Below are positions 27,263 to 38,296 of a DNA stretch of 64,000 bases, piece by piece; within the stretch, counting starts at the first letter, position 1; each line of letters begins with the position of its first letter. The position numbers and the translations under genes were made by a program. This DNA is from an uncultured archaeon (GTDB lineage: Archaea > Thermoplasmatota > Penumbrarchaeia > JASLWR01). The notes beneath the pieces are model-generated. The model did not search any database, was not told the origin of the DNA, and saw only the letters and a list, made by a program, of their open reading frames with translations. The DNA is taken from NCBI GenBank assembly GCA_964342815.1, contig CAYFHS010000009.1:32001-96000 (forward strand). The letters run 5' to 3'.

Positions 27263-29428
27263 ATGATAAAATGTCCGGTATGCAAGACCCCGAACGAGGA
27301 TAATTATATCCAATGTAGAGGATGCCGCAGAAATACTAATCCTAGCCGCCTAAACGGTCCCGGATCCTCATCCACTTCAACTGAGGATACCTCTAGGAAC
27401 AAAGCTGAAATTTTCAAGAATAAAGGTAATGAGGTGTTCACGAAGAATGATTTTCAAGGTGCGATCCAGCTCTACATGAAGGCGATTCAGTACGATCCTG
27501 CTCACGAGGGAGCCTGGAACAACATGGGTCTAGCTTATCGTAGTACAAAGGATTTCAGATCTGCCATCAAGTGCTTTGAAAAAGCGATTAGCATCAATCC
27601 GAATAACGAACGGGCGCTTGCAAATAAAGAAGCATGCGAGTATGAGGTGAATCGGGCCATACTGGGACTGACATCAAAGGAAAAGGAAAAACCTAAATTC
27701 GATCCTCCCCGGCATACGGTCTCCAGTGAGACATTAGCGCGCGAAAGTCGAGATGACGTCCGGCCATTTGATCAAGGAAGAAGAGAATCATATGGGACCG
27801 CGGAGCCCTCCAATATTCAAGCTCAAAGGTCTGAAATTACCACTGTCGAGAGAGAAACACCAGTTACTACTACTTCGGCCCAAGCCGTTGATTCGAGGAC
27901 AGGATACCAATATGAGGAAACTGAAAGATCATCAAATATCAAGTCGGTGCAAAATGAATTGGATCAAAGCAGGGAAAACGCCTCAGGCGTAAGAGTGAAT
28001 AAACGTGTCGAGTTTGAGAATAAGGAACGAGTGCCAGGAGCCCAGAGTAAAGTCTATGTAAAAGATACTATGATGCAGGAAGATTCAAGGATTCAGGAAC
28101 GGGATAACAGTCAAATTGAAAACTCTGCCTCATATAAATCACCCCGTGATGAAACAGTTCAAAGAAACCTTCCTCCGCCACCGGAAGTTCAACGAGAGAG
28201 TAGGCTTGAATCCAGGGCGACGAGAAAAGAGCCCTCCGAGAATAAGTTTATCATAGAGCAGAAGATGGGACCGCTTGGACTTCGTCCCACAACTGTAATC
28301 CGAACAGCTAGCGAGAACGAATTTATCAACGAATATCGAAAACAGAGAAAAGGACGATTAGGTTACTCTGCAGATAGACGAAATAACATTTCCAATAATA
28401 TTGAAGATAATGGTGAAGATGAATTACCAGCTCCTCCGCCGGATTATGAAGGACCGGTTGGAGAGGCTACTATGAAAGATTTATACGATCAGGGCAGAAA
28501 GGTAAGAAGAAAGGAGGAATCACTATGCCCTTACTGCAGGAATCCCATCAATTCCAGCAACAGGAATATCCGTTGTTTCGACTGCGGTAGTTTTTTCTGC
28601 GCAACATGCGAACATGATTTCAGAGGTACCAGGGAAAAAGGTCAGAAAGCCGTATGTGCAAAATGTTACATCAAAGAGATAAAAGAGAAAGAAAGGGAGA
28701 GAAAGGAGATCGAAAGGGAAAAAAATAACATAAAAAAGCTGGAGGAACAAAAAAGGCTTCGCGAAAAATTGGAAGAAGAGAGAAGATTGAGAGACAAACT
28801 GGAGGAGGAGAAGAGAAAGATTATGGATGAGATGGAAGTGGAAAAAAGAAGAATAAGGGATAAACTGGAGGAGGAGAGAAGACAGAAAGAGAAGCTTGAA
28901 GAAGAATCTCGGTTCAGGGAACAGCTTGAGAGAGAGAGAGAAAAAATGAGAGAAAAACTAGACAAGGCGAAAAGGGATATGGAAAGAGAATATCTTCTTC
29001 AGCATCAATTGGATGAGAAAAAACGTAAAGATAATTGGCTTTACCGTGGTTTGAAGGATTCCAATGAAGGTGACGACCTTAATAAAGATATTGGACGATT
29101 GGAGATAAGTGGTAAGCTCGGATCATTGAATGAGGCTAAATCCAAAAGTCTCTTTGAAGAACCGACTATGGAGATGAGGGGTAAGCTCGGATCATTGAAT
29201 GAGGCTAAATCCAAAAGTCTCTATGAAGAACCGACCATGGAGATGAGCGGTAAGCTCGGCTCATTGAATGAGGGTGAATCTAAAAGTCTCAATGAAGAAC
29301 CTACTGTGGAAACCAGCTTTGGTGAGGATGAGAGTGTCTTCGATGTTCTTGCTAGAAGATTCGAGATAGGTGAGATAACGTCTGAAGAATACGAACGATT
29401 GATCGAGGAAGCCCTGGAGGATGAGTAA
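27263..29428 (+). CDS. Zn-ribbon / TPR / FYVE-like Zn finger / coiled-coil / SHOCT multidomain protein
   Basis: CPVC..CRGC at the N-terminus; TPR repeats (KNKGNEVF...AWNNMGLAY...KAISINP); 8-Cys finger; E/K/R coiled coil; 3x23-aa repeat; C-terminal FDVLARRFEIGEITSEEYERL (SHOCT-like). Confidence 0.8.
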   Translation: MIKCPVCKTPNEDNYIQCRGCRRNTNPSRLNGPGSSSTSTEDTSRNKAEIFKNKGNEVFTKNDFQGAIQLYMKAIQYDPAHEGAWNNMGLAYRSTKDFRSAIKCFEKAISINPNNERALANKEACEYEVNRAILGLTSKEKEKPKFDPPRHTVSSETLARESRDDVRPFDQGRRESYGTAEPSNIQAQRSEITTVERETPVTTTSAQAVDSRTGYQYEETERSSNIKSVQNELDQSRENASGVRVNKRVEFENKERVPGAQSKVYVKDTMMQEDSRIQERDNSQIENSASYKSPRDETVQRNLPPPPEVQRESRLESRATRKEPSENKFIIEQKMGPLGLRPTTVIRTASENEFINEYRKQRKGRLGYSADRRNNISNNIEDNGEDELPAPPPDYEGPVGEATMKDLYDQGRKVRRKEESLCPYCRNPINSSNRNIRCFDCGSFFCATCEHDFRGTREKGQKAVCAKCYIKEIKEKERERKEIEREKNNIKKLEEQKRLREKLEEERRLRDKLEEEKRKIMDEMEVEKRRIRDKLEEERRQKEKLEEESRFREQLEREREKMREKLDKAKRDMEREYLLQHQLDEKKRKDNWLYRGLKDSNEGDDLNKDIGRLEISGKLGSLNEAKSKSLFEEPTMEMRGKLGSLNEAKSKSLYEEPTMEMSGKLGSLNEGESKSLNEEPTVETSFGEDESVFDVLARRFEIGEITSEEYERLIEEALEDE
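29101..29307 (+). repeat. In-frame 69-nt tandem repeat, 3 copies
   Basis: Unit ggagat(a/g)ag(t/g/c)ggtaagctcgg(a/c)tcattgaatgagg... encodes E[IM][SR]GKLGSLNE[AG][KE]SKSL[FYN]EEPT[MV]. Confidence 0.9.
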
Positions 29429-29565
29429 GGGACCAGATGATTTGCCCAAGAAAGCTAATGTCGAAAGTTATAAAAACACCTTGAAGTATTCGGGTGTGCA
29501 AATTTCGTTGGATATTACCCTCCGAATAGAATTTATTTTAAAAAAATATAGACCGGTAAGATATA

Positions 29566-30429
29566 ATGAACCAGATGATAGAAGAATTAAAGGAAAAGCG
29601 AAAAGATCTTTCTGCCAAGGGAGAAATTCGGCGTCGAAGTAGAGATAAGCTCAACAAGAAGACACGGGAGGCAGCGGACGCCCGGGACCATTTTAACAGA
29701 CTGGTCAGAACGAACCTAAACCGGACCAGGGAGTTAAGGGAGAAGAGAAACCGGACCAACGAAATGGTGAGAGAAGCCAAACAAGCGCGGGATATGTACA
29801 ATAAGGAATATCTTAAACTACAAAAGTTAATCACAATAACCCAAAAAGAGATGATGCCTCAAAAAGGTAATTCATTCCGTAATCTCAGAAGAGATCTCAA
29901 CAAACTTGAACATCGCCAGCAGACCCAGGTTCTCAAACCTGGAGAGGAAAAAGATATCATAGAAAATATAAAGAAAATCGCCGACGAGATACGTGAACGG
30001 GAGGAAGAATTCGAAAAGAACGAAAAAACCCGTGAGCTGGTGGCAAAATGCCGTGAAGCGAGAAAAAGAGCGGAGGAAGAGCACAATAACGTGGAGAAGT
30101 ATGCAAATGAAGCGCAGAAAAACCACGAAGAGATGATCCAGCTCTACGAAGAAACTAAAAAATACCAGAAAGAGGCGGACAAGAAACAAAAAGAATTCGT
30201 TAAGTCCAAAGTAGCGGCTGATGAGGAACATAAGTTTCATTCTCTCTATATGGAGCCTATTCGCGATCTCGATAAAATTATCGGCAAGCTCCTCCGGAGA
30301 AAGAAAAAAATAACCAAGAAGGTCCAGGAAGACAAGGTCAAGAAGGATGCGGAGGCACTCTTCGATCAATTCAAAAAGGGTGGGAAGATCTCAACAGAAG
30401 ACCTGCTCCAGTTTCAAAAGGTATCATGA
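29566..30429 (+). CDS. Archaeal coiled-coil protein (COG1340-like)
   Basis: Repeated RDxLN/RNxxN heptads, LEHRQQTQVLKPGEEKDII, and C-terminal LFDQFKKGGKISTEDLLQFQK. Confidence 0.8.
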   Translation: MNQMIEELKEKRKDLSAKGEIRRRSRDKLNKKTREAADARDHFNRLVRTNLNRTRELREKRNRTNEMVREAKQARDMYNKEYLKLQKLITITQKEMMPQKGNSFRNLRRDLNKLEHRQQTQVLKPGEEKDIIENIKKIADEIREREEEFEKNEKTRELVAKCREARKRAEEEHNNVEKYANEAQKNHEEMIQLYEETKKYQKEADKKQKEFVKSKVAADEEHKFHSLYMEPIRDLDKIIGKLLRRKKKITKKVQEDKVKKDAEALFDQFKKGGKISTEDLLQFQKVS

Positions 30430-30577
30430 AGAATAATAATGCAATTATCAGCCTTTACTCAGTGAATTAATGCTAAAAACCATATCCTACCGTTCTTTTT
30501 CTCACCGGGAATAAATTAATATAAAGCCTAAGGTATAAACCACTTTTATAAGCCTTTCAACCAGGAGGAATGATCTC

Positions 30578-31633
30578 GTGCATGATTCAAAGGACGTAAA
30601 AAAGGCAAGCGAGAGCCCTACAATCACAATATCGGATGGGCACAACAAGATAGAAATGACCGACCTTGAGGTCAAAAAATATATTAATACCGTCACAAAC
30701 GAACTGGATGAGCTCACCGATGTTTCATTCACAAGCACGGGACATCAAGCCAAATATGAGTTTGCTGCAATATGCTGGTGGCTTGGAAACTGTAAATATC
30801 TGCAGTTTGTGGATACTACACCGGAGCTGCCGGTGCTCTGCAAGGATAAAAGGATGGCATATCCTGATATATATGCGGTCTTTACAAGCGAGGAAAGAAA
30901 CTTTCCTTGTTTCATCGTAATAGCTGAATTCGATAGTACCGGGCAACTGAATATGTATAGCAAATACATCCAGAGATTGAAGGACTATCCTCTCATCGGG
31001 GATGCTGACATACTTATTGCGGGTAAATATAAAGACGAATGGGCTCTATTCAATATCGAGAATATTATCCAAGAGGACGGGAAGATCAGCCTGAGATTCG
31101 AAGAAGCGAAGAGAGCGAATATTATGGGTATCCTGTGCGGAGATGCCCATTTCCAAGGATTAAATCCCGGAACCCGGTGGTATTACGTTATAGAAACGGG
31201 GGAAGATATTGAGCTCGTGAGACAGGAGATCATTCCTCTAAGCGAAGCCGTCTCCGAGCTGGCATTCGAGAGATCGGATGGGAAAAAATTACCGTTCTCA
31301 CCCGCTCTTTTACACATGATCCCTTTCTTTGGAAAGTGGAGTCTATTCGAACAATACCAGGATGAGATAGTGCTTTCCGGCGCTAAACTAGAGCGGGACA
31401 GACCGCTTAATCTCTATCAGGTTCTGATCTTTTCTACACGGCTTTTGGAACACTTGAATGGAAGAAACCAGATCGATTGGAAGCGAATACTCCTCGAGGA
31501 TGATTTCAGGTACAGCGTGGACGATATAAGGAGAATGGTGAAATCAGGCCAAGACGAAGAGATCGGCTTTTTGGGTTTCGAGCAGTATCTCCCTGATATC
31601 CAGATCTCTTCATGGAATGCGGATGATGAGTGA
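30578..31633 (+). CDS. Hypothetical protein, possibly a degenerate PD-(D/E)XK nuclease fold
   Basis: GTG start with GGAGG RBS; motif GHQAKYEFAAICWWLG...YPDIYAVF...PCFIVIAE resembles a restriction-endonuclease-like core but lacks the E-x-K. The fold call is tentative. Confidence 0.55.
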   Translation: MHDSKDVKKASESPTITISDGHNKIEMTDLEVKKYINTVTNELDELTDVSFTSTGHQAKYEFAAICWWLGNCKYLQFVDTTPELPVLCKDKRMAYPDIYAVFTSEERNFPCFIVIAEFDSTGQLNMYSKYIQRLKDYPLIGDADILIAGKYKDEWALFNIENIIQEDGKISLRFEEAKRANIMGILCGDAHFQGLNPGTRWYYVIETGEDIELVRQEIIPLSEAVSELAFERSDGKKLPFSPALLHMIPFFGKWSLFEQYQDEIVLSGAKLERDRPLNLYQVLIFSTRLLEHLNGRNQIDWKRILLEDDFRYSVDDIRRMVKSGQDEEIGFLGFEQYLPDIQISSWNADDE

Positions 31634-31639
31634 CGGGGA

Positions 31640-34600
31640 TCAGCGGACTATCTTCTTTCTTACGACCCGACGCCTTACTACGGCTCCGCTTTTCGATCCT
31701 TTGCTTTCGGCCGGTTTCAAATCCGATGAACCAGTGGATTTTACTACAACACTCTTGTCGGATTCACCTTCATCGGACCCCGAAACATAATCCAGACAGC
31801 TTTCACACCAGTAACAATCGTGATCAGAATAATACTTGGAGGAGGTTCCGCATCTGGAACAGACGGGAGGTTTTCCACTTGTGCTACCGCTTTTCAGATG
31901 TGCAGGCAGCACTTCAACTGAAGATAAGGCGTTCTTGGTGGGTCCGCGATCCCTGGCTGGCATTCTCGCCATGCGACCTCCAAAATGACCTCCGTCAGGT
32001 TTGCTCGTTTCACCTGCTTCAATGTCGCTAATTTCAGGTAATAACGCCAGATCCGGTAGAGCCTCGATCTTCATCTCTCCCCCATCATCAAGATCCTCCG
32101 TTTTAATTTCCGGTTTAGGTTCATCGTCCGACACAGATGTGGTTTTTTCCTCGGGATCCATTTTGAAACGCTCTTTTGTCTCGTGAGCATTGAGTTTGGG
32201 GTCGCTCCACATGGCATAAGCCTTATTTTCGAATCTTTTCTTTCCCCTCTTTTTCAGAACGAGGACCAGTGCAATGATGACGACACCGACCACAAGAACA
32301 ATCCCCAATATTATTATGATCATAATAAGGGTAACTGACCCTCCAACATCATCGGACCCGGTTCCAGCTCCCTCGACTCCGATACCTGGTGAAGAGGTCT
32401 TATCGGTGGGATCGGTCCAATCATCATTCCCAGGTTTGCCGTCATGGCCGAGATATTCCTTCAGATTGTTTGCCTTGTCTCCGTCAGGATTCCGTGAACC
32501 ATCGCTGCTGGTGCGTTCCAGTCCAAATTTCATTTCCCACCAATCCGGCATTCCGTCCCCATCGGTGTCTGTGCTTGTTGAGATGAATTCCACCGTTTTT
32601 CGCTCCATGGTTATCCGATCCTTGACATCGATCACCTGCACGGTGATATTGCCATATCCCGGGTCATGTCCGGCGCTGTTCAATCGATAAGACCAAATTC
32701 CATTTTGAAAACTCGAGGTAATGTCAATGGGTGCCTCACCATCTATGCTTATTTCGATCTTCGATATGCCCACATCGTCCCCGGCACTTCCGTTTATCCA
32801 AACAGTCTCCCCCAAAAGAACAGGTGCAGGGTCGTCATCATAGACATGCAAACCATATTCAGTAAGTACCAAGCGGTACTCCTTATCATCATCCTCAAGC
32901 TGCCATGAGTTCTTGTATTTGGATAGTTCCGCCTCACTACCCAGCGTAATCCCACCGTAGGTCCCGAATGCATCGATCAATTCGTCCTCCACGGAACCTT
33001 TCGATAAATATTCCTCATACGAGAGGGGGATGTTGAACTCGTGGAAGGACACGGAGGGACTTTCGGCATCGATTATAACTGTTATGGGCTCGGACATAAA
33101 ATCAAATCCCACCGAATCGACGAGCCTCAGATAGATGGAATGTAGACCGCTTGATAAAGGTAATCGGTCCTGGATCCCCTCTGCTGGATAATAATCGAAT
33201 TCCCAATAATCATTCTCTTCGTCAAACTGAGAAGTGATATTTATGGGAGGGTTTTGAACATTATCAATATCATCGAATACGATCTCTATAAGGGAAATTT
33301 TGAAGTTATCCGATCCCTCTCCCCACAGCGAAATCTTCTCGGTCGAGGAGAATATGGAATTGTTTTCAGGTTGTTTTATCAATCCAACAGGAGCTGTTGC
33401 ATCCAAATGAAATGTTATTCCCGTGGTGCCTATGTTGGAAACTGCGTCCCTTGCTTGTATACTGATATTATGGGAACCTTCCTCCAACTCCAGTTCCTCG
33501 GTATCGAGTTTCATGTGCCACTGATTATTTGAATAATATCGGGATAGATTGATGATTTCTTCCTTATTTCCATCAAGGATGGCTTCCACCACTATTACCC
33601 CGCTGCTGTCCACAGCTGTACCAAGGATCAGAATCTCCTCACCCACTGCATAAACCGAGTTGTTCCATGGAGAGCTAATTTCCACCATGGGATCGGTGCT
33701 TTCAACGAGTAGGATCGAAATCATATCCATAGCCTGGTTCTCGCTCCCGTCCTCAACATTAATGGTAATATCGTAGGTCCCGGGAAATGTAAAAGCCGTA
33801 TCCCAAGTATACTCCCAGGTTTCTCCATTGTAATTAGAGGTAATGTCGACGGTGGGATTGTCTTCCACCATGATCTCCACCGAAGATAAATGAACATTAT
33901 CTGAAGCGCTTCCTTCAATGAAGATTTTAGTACCTACTTTGAACTGCGAATTGTTACCAGGAGATGTAATGGACAACTCGGGAGACGTCACATCTACAAG
34001 CGTTACATTCAACCATGCTGTTATCTGACCGCTGCTATCCGTAGAACGCACGCCAATTCTATGCTGACCCAACCCGGCTCCCTCCGTGTCCCACGAGTAT
34101 TCCCATGTAGTCCATGGATCTTCGCTTCCATCAGATGTATCCGTTGCGGCAACCCAATCATCATCGTCGATTTTTATTTCCACATTTGTGGTGATGAACG
34201 GGCTGGTGGCCGCTCCCTGTATGGTGATTATTTCGTTGAGACCCAGTGTAGACTCATCGGAAGGACTTAGAACATTTAAATCAGGGCGCCTGAATAATGT
34301 TGCTGTAACATTCACTACCTTCAATGTTCCCAAGGAGTCCTCATTCGACAGTATCGCATACCAGTTCTCATCCTTAGGCAGTAGATATGAAATTTCATCG
34401 AAACTCCCATCATCACTGATCTCGTAAGCATCGAAAGTATCATCAGCACCATATTTGGCAAAATTAGTTCCGTTACACATGAAGAAATCTATCTCTGAGC
34501 CGGATGGATCGCTAACGTAATACACGTCTCTAGTGAACAGGTTCTCCCCTGAGTATATTGCATTGGTAACGTTATAATCAATATCCATTCTGAATCGACC

Positions 34601-36151
34601 GGCAGGTGACGGATCGGGAGGCCGGGATACCATTGAAGGAAGGTCAAATGCATTGGGTAATGTGAAAGAGCGGGTATAACTGCCTCCGATCTGCGCACCG
34701 CTTATTACCTGGACAACCCTTTCCCCTCCACCCTGATCCGGCGGGTCCTCTCCTAGTGCTTCGGTTTCTGCAGATGACCAGTAATTTCGTACATTCCCCA
34801 GTTCAAAGGACGCATACCCTGATGCATTGGTAGTCCCCCATGTGGTCCAGGTCAGCGATTGCGGATCATAATAATTTTCAGTCAATACCCATATACCAGC
34901 ACTATCCACGGGATTACCGTCAGCATCCTGGACAAATGCTGTGTAGTTACATGTTGGAGTATATTTATTCGTAACGGACCATGTACGTCCGTCCCCATCC
35001 CATGACCACACCGTGGAAAGGTCTTTTCCCCCGCTGTAATCCTTATCGTGACTGAAACAGCGGTCCATATTATTGGCACTATTTGCATCCCAGTGAACCC
35101 ATCGTCCATCCCAGAATTCGTTCCAAACATGATCCTCGGCCATATTCGATGTAGGAACATTGGGGATCAGGGCCGCTCTTGCTGCCGCGCAGGCGATGTC
35201 CTGATGCTCACCGCATCTGCCGATGTGTTTTCGGTATATCCGTACCGGCTCGATAGCCCGCTCGTTGTCACTGGTGAAAGCCATACTCCCCACCACCCAA
35301 CCGCTAACTGCACGGGCTGCCCTCCATACGTCGCCCACTCCCGCAAGACGATCCTTCAATAGAGGATATCCACTGTCGTTATGATGAAATAAAAATTCCC
35401 GCCAAAATACACCTGTTGGGGGCTGCTGGAATTCCTGTGCTGTTCCCTGTACCCCGTCCGGGTTTACGAATGATGGTAACTCATCGCTAATCTTAGGGTG
35501 CACCACATACCAATAATACACTTCCATGGGTAATTGCAGCTGGTGGCCGGTCTTGTTTGTATATATTAACGTGGTATATGCACCTAATTCTGGATCGTTG
35601 ATCTCAGTTATGTTAACGTAATCCAGATATTGATCGTTCTCGTAGATGAACTTGGCATTCGTTTTGAACATATCCGGGAACACACGGTTGTTTTGCAACG
35701 TCGTCTTTCCTGTATGAGCAATTGCGAAAGCAACCTCGTCGACCTGCAGGGGTTCATTGACACTTTTTATCAGGTTGCCGTAGGTTGTAGCGTGTGCATT
35801 ATCAAGCTCTATCAGTTTTCGAGTCAGATTGGCCTTCAACCATTTTGGTACCATTCCGATGGCATCTTTTGCTGCTTGAGGGAGACTGTCAAAATCATAA
35901 TTGATGGATTTCTCTTTCAAGGTTCCTGTAATTTCATCGAAATATACATAATAGGTCTCACCGGCCGGAATCTCAATGGTTTTTGAAATCTCACCGATGG
36001 CCTTCCAATTCGCACTCCGAGTCACATTTGCGTTCCCATCATTTCGGGTATTAAGGGTTTCTCTTTCCGCTGAGGTAAATATGGGAATTACCGCAGTGAA
36101 GAAAAACAACATCACAATGGTCAAAATTAACACTCGTTTACTGGATCTCAT
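31640..36151 (-). CDS. Large surface transglutaminase-like protein (paralog B) with Ig-like repeats, TM anchor and cytoplasmic Zn ribbon
   Basis: Start MRSSKR with AAGGTGA RBS (track ORF extends to 36211); intact triad GRCGE...DHVWNEF...WVHWD; Ig-like repeats; DTDGDGMPDWWE Ca-binding motif; TM helix plus KKRGKK; CSRC...CYWCESC. Confidence 0.88.
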   Translation of the reverse strand: MRSSKRVLILTIVMLFFFTAVIPIFTSAERETLNTRNDGNANVTRSANWKAIGEISKTIEIPAGETYYVYFDEITGTLKEKSINYDFDSLPQAAKDAIGMVPKWLKANLTRKLIELDNAHATTYGNLIKSVNEPLQVDEVAFAIAHTGKTTLQNNRVFPDMFKTNAKFIYENDQYLDYVNITEINDPELGAYTTLIYTNKTGHQLQLPMEVYYWYVVHPKISDELPSFVNPDGVQGTAQEFQQPPTGVFWREFLFHHNDSGYPLLKDRLAGVGDVWRAARAVSGWVVGSMAFTSDNERAIEPVRIYRKHIGRCGEHQDIACAAARAALIPNVPTSNMAEDHVWNEFWDGRWVHWDANSANNMDRCFSHDKDYSGGKDLSTVWSWDGDGRTWSVTNKYTPTCNYTAFVQDADGNPVDSAGIWVLTENYYDPQSLTWTTWGTTNASGYASFELGNVRNYWSSAETEALGEDPPDQGGGERVVQVISGAQIGGSYTRSFTLPNAFDLPSMVSRPPDPSPAGRFRMDIDYNVTNAIYSGENLFTRDVYYVSDPSGSEIDFFMCNGTNFAKYGADDTFDAYEISDDGSFDEISYLLPKDENWYAILSNEDSLGTLKVVNVTATLFRRPDLNVLSPSDESTLGLNEIITIQGAATSPFITTNVEIKIDDDDWVAATDTSDGSEDPWTTWEYSWDTEGAGLGQHRIGVRSTDSSGQITAWLNVTLVDVTSPELSITSPGNNSQFKVGTKIFIEGSASDNVHLSSVEIMVEDNPTVDITSNYNGETWEYTWDTAFTFPGTYDITINVEDGSENQAMDMISILLVESTDPMVEISSPWNNSVYAVGEEILILGTAVDSSGVIVVEAILDGNKEEIINLSRYYSNNQWHMKLDTEELELEEGSHNISIQARDAVSNIGTTGITFHLDATAPVGLIKQPENNSIFSSTEKISLWGEGSDNFKISLIEIVFDDIDNVQNPPINITSQFDEENDYWEFDYYPAEGIQDRLPLSSGLHSIYLRLVDSVGFDFMSEPITVIIDAESPSVSFHEFNIPLSYEEYLSKGSVEDELIDAFGTYGGITLGSEAELSKYKNSWQLEDDDKEYRLVLTEYGLHVYDDDPAPVLLGETVWINGSAGDDVGISKIEISIDGEAPIDITSSFQNGIWSYRLNSAGHDPGYGNITVQVIDVKDRITMERKTVEFISTSTDTDGDGMPDWWEMKFGLERTSSDGSRNPDGDKANNLKEYLGHDGKPGNDDWTDPTDKTSSPGIGVEGAGTGSDDVGGSVTLIMIIIILGIVLVVGVVIIALVLVLKKRGKKRFENKAYAMWSDPKLNAHETKERFKMDPEEKTTSVSDDEPKPEIKTEDLDDGGEMKIEALPDLALLPEISDIEAGETSKPDGGHFGGRMARMPARDRGPTKNALSSVEVLPAHLKSGSTSGKPPVCSRCGTSSKYYSDHDCYWCESCLDYVSGSDEGESDKSVVVKSTGSSDLKPAESKGSKSGAVVRRRVVRKKIVR

Positions 36152-36497
36152 TGATTCACCTTGAGAAATATTCCATCTTCTACGATAGGTTGAACTTAAA
36201 CGCACTATCATAAACTAAAGTATATATAACATTTCTGATATGATATTTTTTCCTTTATTTCTTCATTCATAATTCATATAAATCACATAAAAAAAGTATG
36301 ATTACGAAACTAATATATAGATTGAATATAATCCCCGGGTTTACGCTCTGGGGTTATCCCCAGGGTACTCGTAATTAAACCGGTGCAGCGCGAGAGCAAC
36401 TCGATTTTGAGGCAATGATCGCAAGCTGTTTCATATTACGGGAAACATTTATGGAGATACAAGAAACCCGGAAACCTTCCGTGAACTCTTGTGTCAG

Positions 36498-36546
36498 ACA
36501 CTTGCCAGGTAAGATGAGATTTGGTTGTCCGCCAAATCAGAAGGTG
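36498..36546 (+). other. 5' arm of the pre-16S processing stem
   Basis: ACACTTGCCAGG, AAGATG-[AGA]-TTTGGTT, TCCGCC and GAAGGTG pair with the segments in 38110-38151. A 3-nt bulge is present, but not a canonical 3-4-3 bulge-helix-bulge. Confidence 0.75.
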
Positions 36547-36576
36547 GAAAAGTTACGTTTTGTGACCACATGAGAA

Positions 36577-38044
<1,468 letters not shown>

Positions 38045-38109
38045 ATGAAAAAAAGGGGGGAATTTTTTCCCCCCGCCTTTTTTCTGTGTGCAAGATATTC
38101 CCGATATAT

Positions 38110-38151
38110 CACCTTCCGGCGGGAACCGAACATCTTTTTCTTGGCAGGTGT
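38110..38151 (+). other. 3' arm of the pre-16S processing stem
   Basis: CACCTTC, GGCGGG, AACCGAA, CATCTT and CTTGGCAGGTGT are complementary (with G-U pairs) to 36498-36546. An A7G6/C6..T6 hairpin lies between it and the 16S 3' end. Confidence 0.75.
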
Positions 38152-38296
38152 ATTTTTTTATTTCAACAGTCTAGCTCTGCTTCTATTCAGGAGTAGAAAA
38201 AGGCCAAAACTGATAAAAATAACTTCTCACATCTCCACCATAAGCACTATTGGAAAGTACTTTTATTGAGTAGCGTTTCTATGGGAAGTGAATAAC

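Noticed and set aside
29101-29307. Link between the 69-nt (3x23) coding repeat and the 23-bp arrays
   Set aside because: No internal 23-bp periodicity and no ACATTTGT core; the length match is coincidental.
29421-29642. 73-aa ORF overlapping the ends of two genes
   Set aside because: Overlaps the COG1340-like gene out of frame and spans its AT-rich promoter; no motif.
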